From the NCBI GenBank assembly GCA_964016885.1, contig OZ024743.1:77562001-77626000 (forward strand): a DNA stretch of 64,000 nucleotides, in the 5' to 3' direction. The DNA comes from Eledone cirrhosa. Its lineage: Eukaryota. Below, piece by piece: positions 51,365-62,804 of the stretch (its first letter is position 1; each line of letters starts with the position of its first letter). Position numbers and translations under genes: made by a program. The notes beneath the pieces were generated by a model, which saw only the letters and a program-made list of their open reading frames with translations, was not told where the DNA came from and searched no databases.

Positions 51365-54320
51365 ATGGTATGCTGTCGCCATATTATTTTTTCTGAGTCA
51401 CCTGAGTCGTCGATTGAATTGCAAGCTGTCAACCAGTCAACAATCAGAACTTTTGGACAGATCTCGCTTCATCTTCAGTTCCGAAATCTTCGTCGGGATT
51501 TCAAATGGGTTTTCACTGTTGCTGATCTGCCGTACCCGATTTTGGGCGCCGACTTCCTGCACCATTTTTCTAGTCGATGATATTACTGGTTTTTCTCTTT
51601 GTGGCCGGACGGCGGAATTTTTTACAGTTAGCCCGACATTCTCCGGAAACTCATATCATGGATTGTTGAAATCGTTCCCGCAACTGACTCATGAAAATTT
51701 TAGAGTCACTGATCCAGACCACGCCACGGAGCATTTTATTACTACTACTGGCGCTACGGTTTTTTCGCGTCCCCGTCGATTGACAGCGGACAAACTGAAA
51801 GCAGCACGGTCCGAGTTCGATCATATGCTGCAGCTCGGAATTATTCGTCCTTCCACGAGCCCGTAAGCATCTCCATTACATATGGTGCCAAAATCTTCTG
51901 GCGATTGGAGACCCACTGGGGATTATAGAAGATTGAAGTCGATGACCGTACCGGATCGGTATCTTATCTTTCATTTGCAGGATTTTGCATCCTCGTTGCA
52001 ATGTTGCAACATTTTTTCGAAACTCGATTTGATACGAGCCTATAACCAAATTCCTGTCAATAGAGACGACATCCCGAAAACGGCTATAACTACGCCATTT
52101 GGATCTTTTGAATTTCTCACCACGCCTTTCGGGTTAAGGAATGCTGCTAGCACCTTCCAGCGATTTATGGATGAGGTCACTCGCGGCCTCGACTTTGTAT
52201 ACACAAATATTGATGACCTTCTTGTTGCGAGCTCTTCTCCAGAGCAACATTTGCGCCATCTGGACCTTCTATTTTGTCGTTTGAAGGATTACAATGTTCG
52301 GATTAATGCATCAAAATGTGTTTTTGGTTCCGAATCTCTGAAATTTTTGGGCACGTCATTGACGCTGACGGTATTCGACCTATTCCTGAGAGAGTTAAAG
52401 CTATAGAAGATTTGCCTCCACCAACCTCACTTCGTCAGTTGCGCCAATTCTTGGGGGCTGGTTAATTTTTATAGGTGGTTTGTGCCGAATTGTGCTAAGC
52501 TACTCTTCTCTTTGACGGAAATTTTGAAAAATTGTCGAAAGAAAAATATAGACATTTCTTTGAATGAAACTCAGCTCGAGGATTTTGAGAGTGCGAAAAT
52601 TGCTCTAGCCAATGCATCTTTGCTGGCTCACCCAGTGTCCAACGCTAAGCTTTCGCTTTGTGTTGATGTGTCGGATACTGCCGTGGGCGCAGTTTTGCAA
52701 CAAAGTAGGAACGATCAACAGCAACCGTTGGAATTTTTCTCTAGGAAGCTGAAACCTGCCGAAACCCACTACAGCACCTTTGGACGGGAGTTGCTAGCTA
52801 TATACTTATCAGTGAAGCATTTTTAGCACATGCTTGAAGGAAGAACGTTCACCATCTTCACGGACCACAAGCCGTTGCCATTCGCCTTGAAAGCAAAGGC
52901 CGACAAATACTCGCCCAGAGAAACAAGACATCTCGAGCTCATCTCTCAATTTACTAATGATATTCAACATATTCCGGGTTCTATGAATACAGCGGCCGAC
53001 GCCCTGTCTCGTTTGCCGATTACTTCGATCTCGTCGTCTGATGACATAGATTTGAATCGCTTGGCAGCCGATCAGCCTACTCTCGAATCGTTGGATGTTA
53101 CATCGCCTGAATTTGTGAATTGCAGGATGAAATACCTACCTTTATCGACCGCAGACAGACGGATCCTCTGCGACGTCTCTTTGGATGCGCCACGCCCTCT
53201 TGTTCCGTTGAACCATCGTCAAACTGTGCTTCTTGTTTTACACGGCATTTCACATCCTGGATCTTCTGCCACAGTAAAACTCATAACGGCTAGATTCTTC
53301 TGGCCAAATATGAGACGTGAAATTACTGTTTGGTGCCGTTCCTGTGTTGTTTGCCAAAAATCAAAAATTCATAGACATGTTAAGACTCCTCTAGGTACTT
53401 TTAGTAACGCAGACGCCCGGTTTCGCCACATTAATGTGGACATCGTGGGACCTTGGCCCATCAGCGGTGGTTACAATTACTTATTGACTGTTATCGATCG
53501 TTTTTCGCGATGGCCTGAAGCCATCCCCTTGAAGGATATCACTGCTGAGACCACAGCGCGTGCCCTTGTGTCTGGATGGATCGCTCGATATGGAGTTCCA
53601 ACGTCAATTACCACGGACCGTGGAAGGCAGTTTGAATCGAATCTCTTCCATGAATTAACGAAGATCATCGGCGCTGAACGCATCCGAACGACTGCATATC
53701 ATCCTGCCTCTAATGGAATGGTGGAGCGCTTCCACCGACAACTGAAAGCCGCTCTACGGACTTCTCCTGACTCTACGCACTGGAGTGAGTACCTCCCTAT
53801 TGTGTTGTTGGGGATTCGGTCAACAATAAAGGAGGACCTTGGGTTCTCTCCGGCCGAATTGTTATATGGTGCTCCTCTAGCGTTACCTGGGCAAATGCTT
53901 GCTCCTGTCGATCTTGCTGCACAAGATCCGCTTTCCTACGTATCCCGTCTGCGTTCTTATTTTCAGGACCTGCCGCCGATGGATACGAGGAAGCAAACTG
54001 TAAAATCTGCAGTCCTGAGGGATATTGCCTCGTGGACCCATGTGTTTGTGAGAAGCGATGCTGTGAAACCACCTCTCACACAACCATACTCTGGACCCTA
54101 CCGTGTATTAGCTCGTTCCGAGAAACATTTCACTGTAGACATTAAGGGTTCCAGAGAGACGGTTTCGATTGATAGACTCAAACGAGCACATTTGAACACA
54201 GATACTGTCGCACCTGAGCCACAAACGACCCCGTCTTTTTCTTTCGCACACACACCTGCTTCTTCGCCCCCCCCATCACCGTTCCGGTCGGAGGGTTCAT
54301 TGGCCCAAAATACTGTGTAG
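51365..54320 (+). pseudogene. Gypsy pol (protease end, RT, RNase H, integrase) with stops and frameshifts; integrase stretch 52830-54320 open
   Basis: PILGADFL; [19 protein letters not shown] (mutated YIDD); RELLAIY, TDHKPL; [26 protein letters not shown]. Confidence 0.92.
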
Positions 54321-54602
54321 CACGGTATATTTTTAAACTGCTATTGTGCGGTGCTTTAATCCTGTATTGACTATTGGAACTTTTAGGAAATTGTATTTAC
54401 ATTTTATTACATTTGTTTTTTCCTTTCACGTTCTTGCATGCTTGTTTCATATGTGCTTTTGAAATTTGTTGTGCCCTTCATGCTCGGATGGGCTGATTGC
54501 TCCTTGGTTTAGGATTTTGGCTAGTTGCTCATTGGTTTTTCTACATACATGATTCGATGAACCGATTTTTATTTCCTTTTCTAAAAATCTGGTGGGAGGC
54601 CA

Positions 54603-54961
54603 TGTAGAAGATCACGCCACCTAGCGTCGACTTTGGAGGCAGTCGATTAACTGCCCTTAGTTCTGACGTCACGTTCTGACGTCAGTAGCTGAAACACCAC
54701 TCTTAGACGGTGGTACGTCGAAGTGAACAGACGTGTTTCCACGCAGCGACGAAACAGCGACATCACACCATGCGGTCGCGGCATAATGTGATAATTGACA
54801 ACTACCCAACCTTGGAGCACTGATGTGTTAACCGTATTATAATTTGCTCTAATTAAGATGTTCACGTAACATAATCTTGAGGTATGTTCTTTTTTGTTTG
54901 ACGATGTGCCAACCTGTATATTATATCCAATTAGACGGGATGTCTGACCGTCCCGCCTAAA
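54603..54961 (+). repeat. 3' LTR
   Basis: Direct repeat of 50783-51141 (offset 3820). Confidence 0.93.
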
Positions 54962-55465
54962 CCGCTATCTGCAGGCCACACTGGTCTACAGTTATCTACA
55001 GACCATTCGGAGGTATACAAACCATTACTCTCTCTCTCACTATGGTCATAGACTCAGGACGAGATCAACTAGAGGGACTGCAACAAACTTTAACCACCAA
55101 CAAATTTTATCTGGTCGTTCGCTGTTTTCACATCAATAACAAAATAACATTGTCAACCTTCGCAACTCTTGGTAACTGTTTTATTGTACTTTTTGATTGA
55201 AGTGAAGTAAACCATATATAAACCAAATCATTTATTCTTCCATTCTAACTATTTACTAAAAATACCCTTCGTTAAATATATATATATATTAAATGAAGAA
55301 GTATACATATCTCTACATACGTATAGATAAAAATATAGATACATACATACAGGGTGTCCAACTTATACTGAGTTTGGTTCAATGAGATAGTTAATAAAAT
55401 TAACAGATTCAGAGCCTAATGATATCATATATGGAAAAAACAAACAAGTTAAGAAAAAAATCTAT

Positions 55466-55500
<35 letters not shown>

Positions 55501-55764
55501 TATTTCTTTTATTTGCCACTAGGGCATCAAAAGTGGGACAAGTACAAAGGGGGGAGTTTACACAAAAAGGCGTCCTCAATAAGGAGGAGGCAATAACAAA
55601 ATATAAAAATAAAATAAGATATAACAAAAAATAAAATTTTTAACAAAATCCTCAATAGAGAGGAGGCGCCTTGGGGGGTCGCACACACCCCCGAAAAAAG
55701 TGTGCAACCCTTCTCCTCAGGAGCACAGAGAAGGGGTGCTCCCTTGGTCTTTCATCTTCCTCAC

Positions 55765-58700
55765 CTATAGTCTGATGTAGAGTGAAGGCCCATTCACACG
55801 GGCCATTCTCGCCACTTTCACCCATCTTTCATAGAAACGGCTGGGGTGCAGCACCTCTCTCTCCATCCTGATCCTTCTTCCGAAATGATATCGGAAGAAA
55901 CGGACCAGTTGTTGGCCAGAGAGAAAGGTGCCCGACCTCAGTCCTTTCAGACGCGTCCACCATACAACCTCTTTCGCCATGGCTATTACGCACAGAAACA
56001 CCGCCTCTGCTTCATCTTTGAAGGGGGGAGGCGGCTTGATCATTACAATAGACTCGGTGGTCAACCGGATCGGTCCCACCCTTGACAGCAGTTGTTCGAC
56101 ATAGCCCCACAGATCGGCTACGCCCGAGCAGTGTACTAATGCGTGTGCAACGGTTTCCTCGTCGCACACGCATCTGGGACAGATCTTTTTGGCGGGGTCC
56201 CTACCCGGGCGCCCGTGTCTGTAGAGCCTTTCTCGAACGGGTAAAGCCCCTCGGTAGCACTGCCAGGCCAGGGACTTCTGGAAGTTGTCCATAGGTCCCG
56301 GGCTGAATGTCCTACCGAAAAGGCTGGCCAGTTCGTCCTCCTCCATGTCTAGGGCTTCTCCGAGGGCGTCGTCGCACCTGCTGCGTACCAGCCCTCTATA
56401 GAATGTTGCGGTGGAGTCTCCACTGATAACCGGATCCGCCTGCCAGAGGGCGGTGAGCGCCTGGGCACACTCAGTGTGCCAGGCGCCCAGTTTTCTCGGT
56501 CTTTGCTTGACCCAGGATTGCAGCTCGGTGAGTGAGACGAGTCTGGGAAAGGTTCGTCTCACAAACGAGGCCCACACCGGTTGTCCGGTGAGGAATACGT
56601 AGAGGTGCCGTAGCCTTAATGCGTGTTTACGCATCATTAGCCACGGCATCCCCAGCCCTCCTTTCGAAGGGTGTTGACAGCAGATGGATCTCCTCACCAT
56701 AGGAGCCCGCCTCTTCCAAAGGAATTGGAAGAGCGCGCGCTCCATCTTGGTGAGGGTTTCCCTTGGGCAGGGCACTACGGTCAGGCGGTAGTAGATGACG
56801 GACGCTATGTAGGTGTTCGCCACCTCCGCCCGACCTTTCAGGGATAGTTTGCAACTGGCCCACTTCTGGGTCAGTGCAAACACTCTGTTCGTAACCTCCG
56901 CCCAGTTTTTCTCCACCTGGAGGTCCGGTCCGAACCAGACCCCGAGCAACTTCACCGGGCCCTCCGTCCAGCGTCCGACGACGCTATCGGAGGGCATCGG
57001 TCTGCCCCTCCACGTGCCGAGTTGCAAACCGATCGACTTGTCCCGGTTCAGCTTAGCCCCTGTGAACTTTTCGTACTCCTCCAGTAAGGTGCCGACCGCC
57101 TCGATTTCGGAGGCCGTCGACACCATTACTGTCACGTCATCGGCGTAGGCCGACACCGCTTTCCGCAATCCCGGTTCCAAAGGGATGCCCTGCAACAACT
57201 CCAACTTCCGCAGTAGTGGCTCGAGAGTCAATACATACAGAAGGGAGGAGAGAGGGCACCCTTGTCGGATGGACCGCGCGATTTTGAACGGCTCCGAGAG
57301 GTAGCCGTTCACCTTGACCCTAGAGCAGATGCGGCTGCTGTGCATAGCAGTGATCCAGCCCCTGAAAACGGGTCCGAAGCCTGCCGCCGCTAGCACCGCA
57401 TCCAGGTAACCATGGTCGACCCTATCGAACGCCTTAGATTGATCCAAGTTGATCAGAGCCCCACCAAAGCCGGGTTCGTTCCCAACCCTCTCTATGATGT
57501 ATCGCATGAGGTGGAGGTTGTCATGGATGGACCTGGACGGGATAGCGCATGTCTGCGCATCTCCCACCAGGTTGCCCACGACAAGCGCCAACCTCTTTGC
57601 TAGCACCTTGGCCAAAATCTGTAACTCTGTATTTAGCAGTGTTATGGGCCTGAAGTTACTTATTTCGTCCCCCTTGTTCTCGTCCTTCCTCACTAGCGTG
57701 ACTACGCCCTTGGTCACAGTACAGGGAATTCTCCCGTTCTGTTGCCAGTTGCAGTAGACCGCCTCGAGGAGATCGGGGAACAAGTCCGGCATAGCTAGAT
57801 ATAATTCGTAAGGAAGACCATCGAGACCCGGGGATTTGCGTTTGCCGCATTGGCTCAGCACGTCCTCTATCTCAGCGGCCGAAATCGGCTCCTCGCAGGA
57901 CTTCGCCTCCCTGTCCGAGAGGCGCGGCAGGCCGTCGAGGTATGGACCGAAGTCCACGTTCCCAACCGGCTCCCCGCCCCTCCCGAACAGTCGGGCAAAG
58001 TGCCTTTGAAAGGCCTCACACATCTGCTTAGGCTCAAGAATCGCCCGTCCATCCAGGTCTCGCAAAGACCGGATGGTGGATTTAGTTCCACTGTTGGCCT
58101 CTGTCACGCGGGCCCAGCTAACAGCTTTGGTCCCCTCGTTCCCTAGAGCACGTATTTTACTTCGGACAACGCAGCCTTCGTGCTTCGCGTCGAAAAACTG
58201 GCTCAAAGCCGTTCTCGACGCTAGCACTCTGGCCACGTCGCCGCTTCTAATTGCCTCTTCTACTCTATCTATTAGCTCCCTTTCCTTCCTATTCCTATCC
58301 GCAGCTAGAACCTTACTAAATTCTATCGAGACTACTCTAATCTCTCTCTTTAGAGATACCCACCACCTGCTGTTGACGATCGCTCCAGTCAACCGTTCCT
58401 TAACTAACGTACTAATCCGATTCCTGTAGGCTCTACTTGCCGGCAAGGACAAGTTGAGCTTCCAGTAACCGGGGCCCTGTCTATGAGTTCTGTCAAGGTT
58501 GACCATGCAGGTCACTAATTTGTGGTCTGAATAGCCAACAATGCGCATTTTTGGACAACTTAAAAATTCCTTATCCTTAATTCTAACTAAGAACCTATCT
58601 AGGTACGACCTAGATGATCCGCTACGATTTGCCCAAGTCCAGGTTGGCGCAGTCGGAAAATCTAGTCGATATCTATCGGCCAGGTCAAATCGACCGATTA

Positions 58701-59202
58701 ACCCTTTGAGGCTATTACACCCCTCTCTATCGGGGCAGGCCCCTACGTAGTCCCAGCGTGCATCTAGGATACCATTCCAGTCCCCCACTAATAGCAAGGA
58801 GCGGGACGTCCCTAGAAAAGTCTCCAGACGATGGAAGAAGTCCGGCCGCATTGACCCGAAAGGGCCGTAGGCGGCTACCAACCTAAACGCTCCGCCTTTA
58901 CCACTGCCAAGGTCCAGAACCACTAGTCGACCCTCCGGGTCCAAATGTACCATCTGTGTTGCGAGACCCAGATGTTTTTGCAGCAGAACGACAACTCCAC
59001 CCCCACCTCCAGGCTGACAGAGAGATGCGTGCATCTCAAAGTCATCAAAGGTGGGGGCCAGCTGTCGCACGTTGCTGATCCGGGCCTCGCAAATAACCAT
59101 CACATCTATACGTTGTGACCTGAGGTCATTTAGAAGCATTGCTTGCTTCCAAGTTGAGCCCAGGCCACGCGCATTTAAACAGCCTACTCTTAGCATAGCC
59201 AT
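55765..59202 (-). CDS. LINE ORF2p: APE endonuclease, reverse transcriptase, CCHC (1145 aa from first ATG)
   Basis: LNARGL, GDWN, YLDRFLV, SDH, YWKLN, KSPGLDG, FRPITLLN, DQSKAFDRV, RQGCPLS, YADD, CPRC..ETVAHALVHC; no stops. Confidence 0.93.
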   Translation of the reverse strand: MAMLRVGCLNARGLGSTWKQAMLLNDLRSQRIDVMVICEARISNVRQLAPTFDDFEMHASLCQPGGGGGVVVLLQKHLGLATQMVHLDPEGRLVVLDLGSGKGGAFRLVAAYGPFGSMRPDFFHRLETFLGTSRSLLLVGDWNGILDARWDYVGACPDREGCNSLKGLIGRFDLADRYRLDFPTAPTWTWANRSGSSRSYLDRFLVRIKDKEFLSCPKMRIVGYSDHKLVTCMVNLDRTHRQGPGYWKLNLSLPASRAYRNRISTLVKERLTGAIVNSRWWVSLKREIRVVSIEFSKVLAADRNRKERELIDRVEEAIRSGDVARVLASRTALSQFFDAKHEGCVVRSKIRALGNEGTKAVSWARVTEANSGTKSTIRSLRDLDGRAILEPKQMCEAFQRHFARLFGRGGEPVGNVDFGPYLDGLPRLSDREAKSCEEPISAAEIEDVLSQCGKRKSPGLDGLPYELYLAMPDLFPDLLEAVYCNWQQNGRIPCTVTKGVVTLVRKDENKGDEISNFRPITLLNTELQILAKVLAKRLALVVGNLVGDAQTCAIPSRSIHDNLHLMRYIIERVGNEPGFGGALINLDQSKAFDRVDHGYLDAVLAAAGFGPVFRGWITAMHSSRICSRVKVNGYLSEPFKIARSIRQGCPLSSLLYVLTLEPLLRKLELLQGIPLEPGLRKAVSAYADDVTVMVSTASEIEAVGTLLEEYEKFTGAKLNRDKSIGLQLGTWRGRPMPSDSVVGRWTEGPVKLLGVWFGPDLQVEKNWAEVTNRVFALTQKWASCKLSLKGRAEVANTYIASVIYYRLTVVPCPRETLTKMERALFQFLWKRRAPMVRRSICCQHPSKGGLGMPWLMMRKHALRLRHLYVFLTGQPVWASFVRRTFPRLVSLTELQSWVKQRPRKLGAWHTECAQALTALWQADPVISGDSTATFYRGLVRSRCDDALGEALDMEEDELASLFGRTFSPGPMDNFQKSLAWQCYRGALPVRERLYRHGRPGRDPAKKICPRCVCDEETVAHALVHCSGVADLWGYVEQLLSRVGPIRLTTESIVMIKPPPPFKDEAEAVFLCVIAMAKEVVWWTRLKGLRSGTFLSGQQLVRFFRYHFGRRIRMEREVLHPSRFYERWVKVARMARVNGPSLYIRL

Positions 59203-59226
59203 GTTGGTGGTGAAGAGAAAAGGCAC

Positions 59227-61008
59227 TTACCTCTCTGCGTCCCGGGTATCGGGCTGCACAATTTCCATTAGGGTGGGGGATGGGTTGTTGGGTGGGGTGG
59301 TGGTTTGTGGAAGTGTGGGGGCATCAGTGTGTTGTGTGGTTGGGGAGCTTGGAGTTGTGAGGGTGTTTGGGGAGGGGGTGGGATAGTTTTTTAGGAGGAC
59401 TCGGTTAATGGGCCCGACGCAGGGGGGACCCACGTCCTCTTTAAAATTGTTTTTTAAAGTTTTATAGGTGTCCTGTGGGGCCTTAATCATTTTGAGGTGG
59501 GGGAAATCCCCTGCCTGGGTGAAGTTAGGCCCTTGTGTTTTTATTAGATTGTTGTTGTACACAATGTTTAACAGTTTTTTGTTTCTTGTATTTATGTATG
59601 TGTATGCATGTTTTTGTTTTTGTGTGGTGTTTTTTGTTTGCTGTTGTGAGCTCTTTTGTGTTGGTGTCAGTGTTATGTTTTGGGGAGGGGTTTTTTTCAT
59701 TTGTGTGTCTGAGGTGTGTTTTCTTTTTTTTCTTTTGATTGTGTGGAAGTGCTCCTCCTCGTCTGACGACGAACTAGGGTCATCTTCCGCGTTGGAGGGG
59801 AGGGGTATATTTTCGGGTTGTGTTTGCGGTACGGGTGTTTTGGAAATTGTTTTTGTTTTTTGAGTGGAGGGGATGGGTTGGACATTGTTTTGTTTTGGTT
59901 TGAGCTGTGGTGGTTGTTTTTGTAGTGGTTGTTGTGGTGATTGTGTTGGTTGTGCAGTTGTTGGTGGTGTAGGCAGGATTGGGGTTTTCTTATTAAGTTG
60001 GGGACAGACAGCCCTCAGGTGACCTCTGGTTCCGCAGAGGTAACACGAGGGCCGTCTACCCTCAACGGTAATGTTGATGAAGGTTAGATCATCCAGTATG
60101 ACGCGTTCAGGGATCTGGGCGATCCTTTCGGGCCTCATTTGAACTACAAGTTCGAGGCTCGTTCCACTGAACGCGTCACCCGATGCCTTTCCCATGGACA
60201 CCAGCATGTCATCCTCCAGGTCCAGAAAACCTGTCAAAACCCACCATATGTCCATAATCGGCAGGATGGTGTGGATTTTTATTTTTTGTGTTCTTCTACC
60301 CATGTACGTAGGGTAGAAGGTGTATGCGGTGGATGTGATTGGTTTGATGGACAGTTTCACTGCTGTGTCCCTGTCCTTCATGAGAATGGATAGACTCCCG
60401 TAGAGTCTATCCTTCTGAATGAAGGTGATGTCCTTCATGACGTCTTTTAAAACCAGCTCTATCTCGCTCTGTGATGGTTGAGCTGGTTTTTTACTTTTGT
60501 TCGAGATTGTCCTAAACATGACCGTGTTTAGGAGTCTCTGGCTTTTTAGTTCCGGGGGGGAATGGATTGTGAATGAACCATTTTCCCCGTACACTATATA
60601 TTTTTTCGCATCCGCCAGTAGCTCCTTCGCTTTTGTTATATCTACTGGCAGATAGTCGAGGGTTTTCCTTGTCGTCTCGGCGAAGGAGAAATTTTGTTTG
60701 TTTGTGTTGTTGTTGTCGTTGGTGGTGTTGTTGTTATCATTGTTGTTGTTGTCACCGTTATTGGTCTTGTTGTTGTTATTGTTATTGTTATTGGTGTTGT
60801 TTTCTACCGTCGCATTGTTGTTGTTGTTGCTGTTGGTTCTTTGGGTTGTTGCCATGGTAACGTCAAGTTGTCGGTTAACAGGTGGAGAGAATTCTTCCTC
60901 TGGCTGACCTATCTTCTTGACCTCTGCTACTGTGACAGTGGCAGGGGGAAGCTGTAAGTTCATCTTCCCCTTTCCTCCTTCGAATTTTGGTGAAGAAGCT
61001 TCGGCCAT
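59227..61008 (-). CDS. LINE ORF1p (593 aa) with CCHC zinc knuckle and low-complexity N/Q/P/T tracts
   Basis: ATG start, CYLCGTRGHLRAVC, poly-Asn tract, basic KRKKRK; stop 24 nt before the ORF2 ATG. Confidence 0.88.
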   Translation of the reverse strand: MAEASSPKFEGGKGKMNLQLPPATVTVAEVKKIGQPEEEFSPPVNRQLDVTMATTQRTNSNNNNNATVENNTNNNNNNNNKTNNGDNNNNDNNNTTNDNNNTNKQNFSFAETTRKTLDYLPVDITKAKELLADAKKYIVYGENGSFTIHSPPELKSQRLLNTVMFRTISNKSKKPAQPSQSEIELVLKDVMKDITFIQKDRLYGSLSILMKDRDTAVKLSIKPITSTAYTFYPTYMGRRTQKIKIHTILPIMDIWWVLTGFLDLEDDMLVSMGKASGDAFSGTSLELVVQMRPERIAQIPERVILDDLTFINITVEGRRPSCYLCGTRGHLRAVCPQLNKKTPILPTPPTTAQPTQSPQQPLQKQPPQLKPKQNNVQPIPSTQKTKTISKTPVPQTQPENIPLPSNAEDDPSSSSDEEEHFHTIKRKKRKHTSDTQMKKTPPQNITLTPTQKSSQQQTKNTTQKQKHAYTYINTRNKKLLNIVYNNNLIKTQGPNFTQAGDFPHLKMIKAPQDTYKTLKNNFKEDVGPPCVGPINRVLLKNYPTPSPNTLTTPSSPTTQHTDAPTLPQTTTPPNNPSPTLMEIVQPDTRDAER

Positions 61009-61238
61009 TTAAAAAAATATTGACTTTTCAACAAGAAAAAACTTTTTTTAACTATTTCGCCTAAAGGCGTAGAATATTTTGAGAGACTGACCAGATCAAA
61101 GTTTGACCTGGCAGTCCCTCTACAAAATGGTACAAAAATTAAAGTTATCAGACAAGAATTTCTATAGAAATTTAAACAGAACTTACTCAGCAAGTTATAC
61201 GCGTGTGTCCATCCCAGATAGATAGATAGATAGATAGG

Positions 61239-61268
<30 letters not shown>

Positions 61269-61269
<1 letters not shown>

Positions 61270-62800
61270 CTTTCTTTTTATTTGCCACCAGGGCATCAAA
61301 AAGTGGGACAAGTACAATGGGGGGAGTTCACATGAAAAGGCGTCCTCAATAAGGAGGAGGCAATAACAAGATATAAAAATAAAATAAAATATAACAAAAA
61401 TAAATTTAATAACAAAATCCTCAATAGGGAGGAGGCGCCTTGGGGGGTCGCACACACCCCCGAAAAAAAGTGTGCAACCCTTCTCCTCAGGAGCACAGAG
61501 AGGGGCTGCTCCCTTGATCTTTCATCTTCCTCACCTATAGTCTGATGTAGAGTGAAGGCCCATTCACACGGGCCATTCTCACCACTTTCACCCATCTTTC
61601 ATAGAAACGGCTGGGGTGCAGCACCTCTCTCTCCATCCTGATCCTTCTTCCGAAATGATATCGGAAGAAACGGACCAGTTGTTGGCCAGAGAGAAAGGTG
61701 TCTGACCTCAGTCCTTTCAGACGCGTCCACCATACAACCTCTTTCGCCATGGCTATTACGCACAGAAACACCGCCTCTCCTTCGTTTTTGAAGAGGGGAG
61801 GCGGCTTGATCGTTACAATAGACTCGGTGGTCAACCGGATCGGTCCCACCCTTGACAGCAGTTGTTCGACATAGCCCCACAGATCGGCAATGCCCGAGCA
61901 GTGTACCAATGGGTGTACAACGGTTTCCTCGTCGCACACGCATCTGGGACAGATCTTTTTCGAGGGGTCCCTACCCGAGCGCTTGTGTCTGTAGAGCCTT
62001 TCTCGAACGTGCAGAGCCCCTTGGTAGCACTGCCAGGCCAGGGACCTCTGGAAGTTATCCATGGGTCCCGGGCTGAATGTCCTACCGAACAGGTTGGCCA
62101 GTTCGTCTTCCTCCATGCCTAGGGCTTCTCCGAGGGCGTCGTCGCACCTGCTAACCACCAGCCCTCTATAGAATGACGAGGTGGATTCTCCACTGACAGC
62201 CGGGTCCGCCTGCCAGAGAGCCGTGAGGGCCTGGGCACACTCGGTGTACCAGGCGCCCAGTTTTCTCGGTCTTTGCTTGACCCAGGATTGCAGCTCGGTG
62301 AGTGAGACGAGTCTGGGAAAGGCTCGCCTCACAAACGGGGCCCACACCGGTTGACCGGTGAGGAGTACCTGGAGGTGCCGTAGCCTTAATGCGTGTTTAC
62401 GTATCATTAGCCACGGCATCCTCAGCCCTCCTTTCGAAGGGTGTTGACAGCAGATGGATCTCCTCACCATAGGAGCCCGCTTCTTCCAAAGGAATTGGAA
62501 GAGTGCGCGCTCCATTTTGGCGAGCGTTTCCCTTGGGCAAGGCACAACAGTCAGGAGGTAGTAGATGACGGACGCTATATAAGTGTTCGCCACCTCCGCC
62601 CAACCTTTCAGGAACAGTTTGCACTCAGCCCACTTCTGGGTCAGTGCAAACATCCTGTTCGTTACCTCACCCCAGTTCTTCTCCACCTGGAGGTCTGGTC
62701 CGAACCAGACCCCGAGCAACATCACCGGGCCCTCCGTCCAGCGCCCGACGACGCCATCGGAGGGCATCGATCTGCCCCTCCACGTGGCGAGTTGCAGACG
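61269..62800 (-). mobile_element. 5'-truncated sister copy of the GATA-tailed Tx1-like LINE
   Basis: ORF 61535-62797 is closely similar to the ORF2 C-terminus; 3'UTR similar; (TATC)n tail. Confidence 0.92.
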
Positions 62801-62804
62801 GATC

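Larger units (their letters stand above)
50783..54961 (+). mobile_element. Ty3/Gypsy LTR retrotransposon, defective (gag largely deleted)
   Basis: 359-bp LTRs, PBS tggtgacc at 51143, PPT ggtgggaggc before the 3' LTR, domain order PR-RT-RH-IN. Confidence 0.95.
55501..61215 (-). mobile_element. Full-length, intact Tx1/L1-like LINE flanked by (GATA)n
   Basis: ~200-nt 5'UTR, ORF1, ORF2, 3'UTR with AATAAA, then (TATC)n; (GATA)n at 55468-55500 and 61216-61268. Confidence 0.92.
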
